Shown here one piece after another: positions 54,801 through 64,000 of a stretch of DNA of 64,000 nt. Made by a program: the position numbers and the translations under genes. Within the stretch, counting starts at the first letter, position 1, and every line of letters begins with the position of its first letter. Source of the stretch: Anolis carolinensis (lineage: Eukaryota); assembly GCF_035594765.1 (NCBI RefSeq), contig NC_085847.1, forward strand, positions 5,518,001-5,582,000, in the 5' to 3' direction. Below the pieces are notes generated by a model. It made no database searches and was not told the DNA's origin. It saw nothing but the letters and a program-made list of their open reading frames with translations.

Positions 54801-54891
54801 CGAGGCCCCCGCCCACTTCGCCTTCCGCCTCCGCCCCGGGCAGAAGATCCGCTTCGGGGAGGCCCTCGGGGACGCCCCCCTCCCCAAATGA
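46434..54891 (+). CDS. PISD: Mitochondrial phosphatidylserine decarboxylase proenzyme, ~469 aa, 8 exons
   Basis: Exons 46434-46528, 48006-48091, 48871-49046, 52830-53093, 53196-53358, 53635-53835, 54085-54245, 54628-54891. Motifs [15 protein letters not shown], [13 protein letters not shown], autocleavage motif FNLGST. Confidence 0.96.
48205..48660. mobile_element. Tc1/Mariner-type MITE interrupted by a LINE-tail-like insertion (~48253-48395)
   Basis: Both TIRs; internal insertion ending in (GAT)n. Confidence 0.75.
49090..49680. repeat. ~125-bp near-perfect AT-rich tandem repeat, 4-5 copies (PISD intron 3)
   Basis: Repeated GAGGTAATAATCACTCTATTGATTAGTGTTGATC blocks. Confidence 0.9.
50470..50590 (+). 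promoter_or_regulatory. PISD: Candidate internal PISD promoter with short non-coding exon
   Basis: CCAAT ~50476, TATAAAAG ~50525, donor AAG|GT at 50588/50589, inside a GC-rich patch in an otherwise AT-rich intron. Confidence 0.5.
51845..52054 (+). CDS. PISD: Alternative N-terminal coding exons of PISD (51845-51882, 51994-52054), splicing to 52830
   Basis: Encodes [33 protein letters not shown]|VWLY with canonical donors and acceptors and phases 2 then 0. Parallels the human alternative isoform (MMC...KW|L...WPL...SR|VALY). Confidence 0.75.
52364..52666 (+). mobile_element. Sauria SINE
   Basis: Same family features. Confidence 0.9.
53405..53552. repeat. Perfect 16-bp tandem array (CTTGCACGGCGGCCAT) x9.25 in PISD intron 5
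   Basis: Nine identical units plus CTTG. Confidence 0.98.
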
Positions 54892-55852
54892 GCCCACCAG
54901 GCAGCGGCCATCTTGCCCTGGCCACCCACCCACGGGACTGCTGCTGCCACCGCCACCGCCACCCGTTTTGGTTTGGGGAAATACAGTGCACGGGGCGGCC
55001 ATGCTGTGGGGGGGAAATGGAAGGAAGAACCGGCAGAAGAACAACAAAAGGACTGTATTGTATTGGGAAGAAAATATGCAACAACTGGGGGGGGGGGGTC
55101 CCTCCCTCCGTCCGTCCGTCCGTCCGGAGGGCTGTCTTTCTCAGCAGGAACTGAGCAGGGAAGCACAGTGGACTTCTTCATTCCAATGTCTCCTCTTTCT
55201 TTGTTTTGTGATGAGAAGAAGAAGAAGAAGAAGATGTTTTTCCTGAGCCTTAAAATATATCTTTATCTCTCTCTCTCCCTGTCTGCGTGTTCCTTCCTCT
55301 CTTGGGGTCGTGGTTGGAGAAGGGAATGTTTTGGCCCTTCTAGGCACTTCTGGGCGCCTCCAAGGCAACTCTATGAGCCCTCATTGGGAATGATTTCAAC
55401 CTGTAAGAAATGGGAACCTTAGGATGTGATCAAAGGGGCTTGGATACAAAAACAGGGCCAATTTCAATCCGTAATGAATAGGACTTGGGTTCATCATCAA
55501 TGGGGCATTTACATCATTTTATTTTATTTACTGCCTTTTGATGCCCCTTTTCTCACCTGGGGGGGGAGGGGGGCTCCAAGCCCTTTCCAACATCACCAAT
55601 GGCCAAATTCAATGCCAAACATACATGTGAAAACAGAAACAGATCAAATCCCAAAGCACCTTCCTTGGCTCCCAAGAGCCTGGCCATCCGGGAGGAGTGA
55701 CCCAAGCGGTGCAGTGTTTGGCTCTGGCCACATGATGGCAGCAAAGGCCTGCGCATGGGAGCCACAATCACAGCAGTGCCAATCTCAAGGTGTTCACTGG
55801 GGGCGGCAAAGTCCTAGCATAACAATAGAATATCATATCATATCATATATAA

Positions 55853-56187
55853 ATAAAGGTCAAGGTTTCCCCTGACCTTAAGTCCAGTCGTGACCGACTC
55901 TGAGGGTTGGGGCTCATCTCCATTTCTAGGCCGAAGAGCCGGCGTTGTCTGTAGACACCTCCAAGGTCATGTGGCCACTGGCATGACTGCATGGAGCGCC
56001 AGGGTTACCTTCCCGCCGGAGCGGTACCTATTACTCTACTCACATTGGCATGTTTTTGAACTGCTAGATTGGCAGGAGCTGGGGCTAACAGCGGGGGCTC
56101 ATTCCGCTCCCAGGATTTGGACCTGAGACCTTTCAGTCCGCAAGTTTAGCAGCTCAGTGCTTTAACATACTTCGCCACCGGGGCTCC
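55853..56187 (-). mobile_element. Sauria SINE
   Basis: Reverse complement of the same family. Confidence 0.9.
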
Positions 56188-56621
56188 CATATATCAATCC
56201 CATATATCATATCATCTCATATATCAATCGAATAATATAGCAGTGCGGTGTTCCAGGCCAGGCACATGATGGCAGCAAAGGCCCGCACATGGGAGCCACG
56301 AATGAAGGCGGGCCATTCTCAATGTGTCCACTGGGGGCGGCAAAGCCTCAGCTAGTCATTTATCAATAGAATAGCATATCAATAGACTTAAGAATCTAGC
56401 AATGCAGTGTTCCACTCCGGCCACATGATGGCAGCAAAGGCCCGCGCATGGGAGCTGCGAGCCGCGCCTCTTGCCATTCTCAAGGCGTCCACCGGGGGCG
56501 GCAAAGTGACCGCTCCTTGGAAACCGGAGGCTTGGCGTCCTTTGCATACGCAACCCCGCCCCTTTCCGCGCCCCTTTCCCCCGCGCGTGCGCACGAAGCC
56601 ATGCCTGTCCTGTGTTTCCCT

Positions 56622-56635
56622 GTTGCCGCGGCAAC
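56622..56635. promoter_or_regulatory. RAB36: RFX X-box in the RAB36 promoter
   Basis: Perfect palindrome GTTGCCGCGGCAAC about 110 bp upstream of the ATG, in a CpG island, with a CACGTG E-box at ~56670. Confidence 0.7.
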
Positions 56636-56742
56636 GCAGAAGGGGAGGGGTGCGGAGGGGCCAGGGCGCCACGTGACCCCTCCCTTCCTGGTCCAGGCCC
56701 CCCAAAGGCCCCCGAGCCCCCCCTCCCCCCCCAAGGCCGGCC

Positions 56743-57079
56743 ATGGAGGCCCCGAGGCCCCCCGTCGCCCCGGACAGGAGCCTCGCCGCCTTCCCCAAGG
56801 TCCACCCTTCGCCTCGTCTAGCCTTATTATGATTGCCCTATTATTATCCAATATTAAGTGCCATATTCTTGTTATATTTCTATTAGATTGTCATATGATA
56901 TTAATATTGATGCATTATAGCATGCATATATGTGTATATCCATATATTATTATTATTATTATTATTGTGTTTCCAGGCTTACAGCCCTGAGGCCTGCCTC
57001 CAATTCAAAGAAGGCTTCCATGAACAGGTGAGACTCACCTGCCAGAGGAAAAACACCAATACATCTGGGTGAGTGTCCC

Positions 57080-57112
<33 letters not shown>

Positions 57113-60100
57113 GTATGACACAGCAAACAAGATAGATATGCTGGGTTTCGTATCACAAAGTCACAAGTCAAACACTTCCCAAGTGTTTAGGACTTATTAT
57201 TATTATTATGTCACAACAAACAAGACAGATATGCTGGATTTCGTATCACAAAATCACAAGTCAAACAGTTGCCAAGTGTCTAGGACTGTGTGATATATTT
57301 TCAGATGATGCACACAGATCCCAGCAGGGTGGCCTTTTGCAGTTGGCAGATTGTTATTATTATTATCATTATTATTATTAATATGCATAAAAATGCATTG
57401 GACCACCGGAAAGCAAATGCATTTATATAAGAATAATAAATAATACTAAATTTATATACTTAAATAATATTATTCCATTCCAAGAATACTCAAATAATGA
57501 CACATTTATGCTGCTGCTGCTGCTCAGTTGCATAGTCCTTTCTGACTCTTGGTGACCTCATGGACCAGCCCAGGCCAGAGCTCCCTGTCGGCCGTCACCG
57601 CCCCCCGTCCCTTCAAGGATCCCGTCCATCCATCTCGCTCTTGGTCGGCCCCTCTTCCTTTTTCCTTCCATTTTCCCCAGCATCATTCTCTTCTCCAAGG
57701 TCTCTTGTCTTCTCATGATGTGGCCAAAGTACTTCACCTCTACTATCCTTCCCTCCAGTGAGCAGCCATTGGGCATTATTTCCCGGAGGATGGACTGGTG
57801 GGATCTTCTCGCCAAGGTCCAAGGCACGCTCAGGATTTTCCTCCAGCACCAGAGTTCAAAAGCGTCTCTCTTCCTTCGCTCAGCCTTCCTTATGGTCCAG
57901 CTCTCGCAACCATAACTTGCTATAGGGAATACCATTGCTTTGACTCTGCGGACCTTCGTTGCCCGTGGGATGTCTCTGCTCTTCACTCTTTTCTCGTCAA
58001 GGTTGGCCATTGCTCTCCTCCCAAGAAGGAAACGTCTTCTGATTTCCTGGCTGAAGTCTGCATCTGCAGTGATCTTTGCACCTAGAAATATAAAGTCTGT
58101 CATTGCCTCCACGTTTTCTCCCTCTATTTGCCAGTTATCCATAGGTGTAGTTGCCATGATCTTGGTTTTCTTGATGTTTAACTGCAGCCCGGCTTTTGCA
58201 CTTTCTTCTTTCTTTCCCCTTGGTGATAAGGCTCCTCAGCTCCTCCTCACTTTCGGCCATCAGAGTGGTCTCATCTGCATACCTAAGGTTGTTCATGTTT
58301 CTTCCAGTCGTTTTAACTCCAGCCTTGAATTCGTCAAGCCCTGCACGTCGCATGATGTGTTCTGTGTACAAGTTGAATAGGGAGGGTGAGAGGATGCAGC
58401 CCTGATGTCCGCACTCCGTTCCCAATCTGGAACCCGTCTCCTGTTCCATGGTCTGTTCTGACTGTGGCGACTTTATACAGATTTCTCAGGAGACAGACAA
58501 GGGGACTTGGTCTCCCCAGACCACCAAGAACATGCCACAGTTTGTTATGGTCCACACAGTCGAAGGCTTTAGAATAGTCAATAAAGCAGAAGTAGATGTT
58601 TTTCTGGAACTCCCTGGCTTCCTCCATTATCCATTTATATACTACAATAATAATACATCAATATAAATCATAATACCAAAATAATAATAATAGTATATAA
58701 TAATACATTCTTATAGTAATACTAAAATAATAAGTATATAAGACTACTAAAATTATTATATATAATGATGAATTATATGATGAGAATAAGAGTAAATTTA
58801 TATAATAATTGTTTCATTGGCTCCATTATTATTATTATTATCGTTATTCTTTTCTGTGGGGTGGTTTTTCTGACAGGCTGGGCGTCTCCAAAGTGGTTGT
58901 GGTGGGAGACCTTTGTGTTGGGAAGACCAGCCTCATCAACAGGTACGTCCGAAGGGAGGGAGGGACCCCCAGAGGCCATCCAGACAGACCCCTTGCATAG
59001 AAGGGAATAATCCCATTTCAAAATAACAAAATCTTTCTTTCAGATTCTGCAAGAACGCTTTTGACCGGAGCTACAAGGCCACCATTGGCGTGGATTTCGA
59101 GATCGAACGCTTTGAGATTTTGGGGGTCCCCTACAGTCTCCAGATGTAAGGAAGGACTTACATTATTGCTGTTGCCCTTGTTGTTGTTGTTATTTTGTAT
59201 ATTATTATGATTTTGTATTTTATTATTGTCACTATTATATTTATTATTATCCTTATTATTTTATATGATTCTGAATTACGAATCTCCATGAGCAGCTCAG
59301 GCCTTGCAACGTCATGTCCTTGTTTATTTATTTCTGTATTATTTTATTCTATTACGTTTTTAATTTTTCTTCTTCTCTGCTTTCAGATGGGATACAGCCG
59401 GGCAGGAGAAGTTCAAATGCATCGCTTCCGCTTATTACAGAGGAGCCGAAGGTAAAAAGAAATGGCGGCAGGACGTGATGTCACTGCATAATAATAATCA
59501 CAATAATAATAGTAATTTTTAATTATTACAGTCATCGTCACTGTCTTCGATCTGGCCGATATCCAGACTTTGGGTCACACCAAGTAAGTCCTATTTTCCC
59601 CCATTTATAATCTTTTATATCTTATCTATCTATATATCTATAAAACATATTATATGTGTATGTGTGTAGGTATACAGTGCTCCCTCGCTAATTTGCGGTT
59701 CGGGTTCCGCAGATTCGCTGTTTCGCAGATTTTATATTCCAATAATATTATATATATTATATATTAGATATCCTATATAATATAATATACTTACTATATT
59801 TAAATATAATTTTCCATTTTTAAATCAAAACTAATNNNNNNNNNNNNNNNNNNNNNNNNNNNNNNNNNNNNNNNNNNNNNNNNNNNNNNNNNNNNNNNNN
59901 NNNNNNNNNNNNNNNNNNNNNNNNNNNNNNNNNNNNNNNNNNNNNNNNNNNNNNNNNNNNNNNNNNTAGATATTCTATTTTTAATCAGACATTTATCTCC
60001 GTATGTGTGTGTGTGTATATATCTATATCTCAACGGCCGATGAATCATTAATTGTGAAGCCAGAAGGATAAATGTTAATGTTATTTTAATCCAGGAATAA

Positions 60101-61534
60101 TGAACAGATGGTGCGCTTTCCCATGTCCTCCTCCTTCTCCTTTTTCTATCTATCGATCTCCCTTGTCATTTCCATTTCTGGAGAAATGACATTGAAAAGG
60201 GTCTAAGTCTAAAATAACCCTTTTGGTCCTTCTCAAAATGGCCATCGAACGACATCTTGCCATCCGGAGGTCAGGTTTGGCATATTGTCAGTTGTCTTGT
60301 AATGCTTGGAATGGTGGGCCGCTTTTAGTCTCTGTGGAGAGAGAAAGCGGAATATAAATCGACATCCTCAATAATAATCATCGTTTTGGTCCTTCTCAAA
60401 ATGGCTGTCGTCTTCATCTTTTTTTTTCCAGGCAATGGCTGGAGGACGCCTTGAACGAAAACAGCCCTGGTTCCAGCTTCATCTTTCTCGTTGGGACAAA
60501 GAAGGATTTAGTGGTAAAGATGGCCCTGGTTTTGCTCTCAACATGACGGGAGGAAGTGAGGCAAAGATCCCTCCGTTTTCCTCACAAAATGGCAACAGGA
60601 AGTGAGGCAAATCTCCCTCGGTTTCCCTCCCAAAGGGGCGACAGGAAGTGACCATGTCACTCTTGGTCTGGCTTCTTTTCCAGTCGGAGGCCGAATGCCG
60701 TCGAACGGAAGCGGACGCCATCAAGATGGCCAACGAAATGGAGGCCGAGTATTGGTCCGTTTCATCCAAAACAGGTCAGTCTCAAACAATGACCGATCCA
60801 AGGCTCCGTCCTCTTCTTTGGTCCTTCTCAAAACAGCCGCCATTCTTTCCTTTTCAGGGGAAAACGTCCAGGCCTTCTTCTCTCGGGTGGCGGCCCTGGC
60901 CTTCGAGAAATCCCTTCTGAGGGAGTGGGAGAAAAATGGCCGCCAAGGAGCCAGGATCGGGAGCCTCATCCGTATGTCACCAAGATTTTACCATTCTGTG
61001 GGTGGCGTCTCTCATGTCCCCGCATATATGAAAACAGACGTACAGTTATATAGATATATGTATATATAGGGGGCCCCGGTGGCACAGTGTGTTAAAGCGC
61101 TGAGCTGCTGAACTTGCGGACCAAAAGGTTGGTGGTTCAAATCCAGGGATCATGGTGAGCTCCCGCTGTTAGCCCCAGCTCCTGCCAACCTAGCAGTTCG
61201 AAAACATGTCAATGTGAGTAGATCAATAGGTACCGCTCCGGCAGGAAGGTAACCCTGGCACTCCATGCAGTCATGCCTTTGGCCACATGACCTTGGAAGT
61301 GTCTACGGACAACGCCGGCTCTTTGGCTTAGAAATGGAGATGAGCACCAACCCCCAGAGTCAGACATGACTGGACTTAACGTCAGGGGAAAACCTTGACC
61401 TTTACTATATGTATATATACAATCATATGTCATCATCAACCCCCCCCCCCATGATCTTTGTTCTTCTTTCAATTCCAGAAATTGAACGAAACGCATCCGA
61501 GCTCAGTGGTCAGTCCAGGCCAAACTGTTGCTAG
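56743..61534 (+). CDS. RAB36: Ras-related protein Rab-36, 258 aa, 10 coding exons
   Basis: Exons 56743-56799, 56977-57068, 58877-58942, 59044-59145, 59387-59451, 59532-59583, 60432-60513, 60684-60774, 60858-60971, 61479-61534. Motifs GDLCVGKTS, YKATIGVDFEIERF, WDTAGQEKFKCIASAYYRGA, GTKKD; C-terminal CC. Confidence 0.96.
57520..58633 (-). mobile_element. RTE-BovB LINE, 5'-truncated and frameshifted, in RAB36 intron 2
   Basis: RT motifs CFIDYSKAFDCVDHNKLW, QGCILSPSLFNLY, NLRYADET, DAFELWCWR, KYFGHIMRR; (CAG)n tail. Confidence 0.93.
61069..61405 (+). mobile_element. Sauria SINE
   Basis: Full-length copy in the last RAB36 intron. 3' fragments also at ~46850-47000 and ~50085-50190. Confidence 0.9.
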
Positions 61535-61699
61535 CAGTCATCGCCTCTCTCTGGGATCTGTAGTCCTCAATGTATATGATTGTATGGGATCTGTAGTCCC
61601 TTCATTAATGAAGTGTTTGTAATTATTTTAAAATATATATGTGTGTCATTAATTATGAGAATTAAAACGCTTGAATTTTGGCATTCTTTGTGAGATTTT

Positions 61700-62790
61700 A
61701 TAAGAGAGAGAAGGAAAAAGAAAGAAAGAAAGGAAGGAAGGAAGGAGAAAGACAGAAAAAGGAAGAAAAGAAAGAAAGGACAAAGAAGACAGAAAGGCAC
61801 TCTGCACCTGCTCAGAGGCATGGTGGGGTCTCGAGGGCTTTCACTAATCTAATTATATCAGTCATATATTGATTTCTGGATATGGGAAAAGAGGGAGAAA
61901 GAAAGAAGGAACAAATGGAGGAGAGACAGAAGGAAAGAAAAAGAGAGGAGAAAGTCATGAGACAGTGGGGGCCGTATGGTTCATCTCGTCCCTCCTTTTC
62001 CATATTAGAAAGAAAAAGAATGAAAGGGAAGGAGGGAAGGAAGGGAAAGGGGAAAAGAAGGGAATAAGGAAGGAAGGGAGAAGGAGAAAGAAGAAAGCAC
62101 TGAAGGAAGAGAAAGAAAGCAATAAGGAAAAAGAAGGAAAGGAGGGAAAGGAATGAGGTAGAAAGAAAAAGAGAAGGAGGAGAAAGCAGAAAGGATGAAA
62201 GAAGGGAATGAAAGAAAGCAAGAGAAGGAGAAAGAAAGAAATGGTGAAGAAAGAGAGCCGAAGGTGAAAAAGAAGGGAATGAAGGAGAAAGAAAGAAAGA
62301 AAACGAGGAAGAAGGAGACAGGAGAAGGAGAAAAAAGAGAGAAGAGAAGGAAAGAGAAAGGCACTGCAAATGCTCAGAAGCATATGTATCAGGAAAGGAA
62401 GGACTAGGAAAGAGATCGAGAAAAAAGGAAAGGAGGAGAAGGGAGAGAGGGAGAGCCCTTCCTTTTGAAAGCGTCCTCTGTCCCTTTAAGGCCTCCGCCC
62501 CTCCTCCCTCCCACGGAAGAAGGGAAGGAGAAAAGGAGGAGGAGGAGGAGGGCCTGCAGCCGGAGGTAGGAAGGAAAGAAGGAAGGAAGGAAGGAAGGAA
62601 GGAAGGAGGAAAAAGGAAAAAGGACAAGGCAGAGGAGAAGGAGAAGCAGATCCCGATCCGATTGTCTTTGGTGGGGAGGGGGGCTTCAAGGGGACCCCTT
62701 TGTTGGGAAGAATGGGATAAAAGGGGAAGACGGCGGAAGAGAAGGAGGAGAGGAAAGCAGGGAAGGTGAGCCCTTGAAAGGCAAAGGAGT
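61700..62790 (+). repeat. Long polypurine (GA-rich) low-complexity tract upstream of BCR
   Basis: Almost only A/G on the + strand for about 1 kb. Confidence 0.85.
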
Positions 62791-63754
62791 GGGCTCTTCC
62801 TTNNNNNNNNNNNNNNNNNNNNNNNNNNNNNNNNNNNNNNNNNNNNNNNNNNNNNNNNNNNNNNNNNNNNNNNNNNNNNNNNNNNNNNNNNNNNNNNNNN
62901 NNNNNNNNNNNNNNNNNNNNNNNNNNNNNNNNNNNNNNNNNNNNNNNTCCATCTGTGTTTGGCATTGCACCCTTCATCCTCATTCTTTGAGGGAAAGAGA
63001 GAGGGAGAGAGACTGGAAATAGATAGACTGATAGAGAGAGAGATACCAGAAATAGATATACCAGAGATATACGAGAGAGATATCGATAGAGGACCACAGG
63101 TCGCTCTCCATCTCTGGTGTTGCATTCTTCTTCTTCTTGCTCATCTTCCTCATCCTCTGAGACCGGAGGAAGAAAGATAGATAGAAAGAGGAGGAGGGGG
63201 AAGAGAAGAGGAGGAGGAGGACAAGGCTCTCTCCATCTCTCACTGGGGAAGGGGTTTGTCCTTCCCTCCCTTCCTCCTTGTCTTCCCCATCCCCTGAGGT
63301 CCTCATCTCTGAGGAGGAAGATGGATTGAGAGATAGAGGAGACCCACAAGTAGCTCTTCATCCGTTGGCCCTTCTTCCTCCAGCCTCATCATCTTCTAAG
63401 ACCAAGATAGAGAGAGAGGACTCCAACTGCCTCTCCATCCATCTCTGCTTTGCATTGGTCCTCCTCCTCTTCATCATCATCTGAGAACCTCCTCCTACAG
63501 GAAGAAGAGATAGATAGATAGATAGAGGAGGACCACAAGGAGCTCTCCATCTGATGAGGATCCTGTCTTAGATTGGCTTCATCATCCGCATCCTCAGCAT
63601 CCTCTGAGGAGGTTAAGGTGGGCAACGGACTCTCCTGCCATCTCTGATGCCTTGTGTTGGTCTCCTGTTCTTCCTCATCCTCAGTCCCAACCTCCTCTGA
63701 GTCTTCCTGCCTTCCCGCCTTCCTTCCTTTCTTCCATCCATCCATCCATCTATC

Positions 63755-64000
63755 ATGGTTGACCCGGTGGGCTTTGCAGAGGCCTGGCGGGCCCAGTTCT
63801 CGGACGCTGAGCCCCCCACCATGGCGCTGCGGTCGGTGTCCGAAATTGAGTCCGAGCTGGAGCGCTGCAAGGCCTCGATCCGGCGCCTGGAGGTGGAGGT
63901 CAACAAGGAGCGCTTCCGCATGATATACCTGCAGACCCTCCTGGCGCGGGAGAGGAAGAGCTACGACCGGCAGCGGTGGGGCTTCCACCGACAGCGGAAA
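63755..64000 (+). CDS. BCR: Breakpoint cluster region protein, start of exon 1 (coiled-coil domain); runs off the window end
   Basis: MVDPVGFAEAWRAQFSDAEPPTMALRSVSEIESELERCKASIRRLEVEVNKERFRMIYLQTLLARERKSYDRQRWGF. Confidence 0.98.
   Translation, partial: MVDPVGFAEAWRAQFSDAEPPTMALRSVSEIESELERCKASIRRLEVEVNKERFRMIYLQTLLARERKSYDRQRWGFHRQRK

Noticed and set aside
55853-58633. Co-occurrence of Sauria SINE and BovB LINE
   Set aside because: Established SINE/LINE partnership in squamates.
61812-63125. 437-aa minus-strand ORF
   Set aside because: Low-complexity F/L/S translation of a polypyrimidine strand that also spans an N gap.

Overview
Vertebrate genomic DNA, almost certainly a squamate and probably Anolis. 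The evidence is the repeat set: Sauria SINEs, RTE-BovB, L2, R4/Dong, Penelope and Mariner/hAT MITEs. There are four assembly gaps. The window is very gene-dense and homologous to human 22q11-12 / chicken chr15, the block that forms the X chromosome in pleurodont iguanians. Gene order: GNAZ(-) nested in an intron of RSPH14(+, last three exons only, apparently C-terminally truncated), SLC5A1(-, 15 exons), DEPDC5(-, 39 coding exons in about 11.4 kb), PRR14L(+, about 1096 aa), PISD(+, plus a miniaturised alternative N-terminal isoform), RAB36(+), and the start of BCR(+). Most notable observations: (i) two precise intron losses and loss of a cassette exon in DEPDC5; (ii) no YWHAH between DEPDC5 and SLC5A1; (iii) an inferred inversion joining PISD to RAB36, with triplicated CTCF-like sites at the junction; (iv) a perfect 9x16-bp array of YY1-like motifs in a PISD intron; (v) a hairpin array in the DEPDC5 3'UTR carrying five let-7 seed matches; (vi) other minisatellites that build homotypic TF-motif clusters. 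Comparisons with human and chicken are from memory and need verifying by alignment. No prokaryotic or CRISPR-type system is supported.
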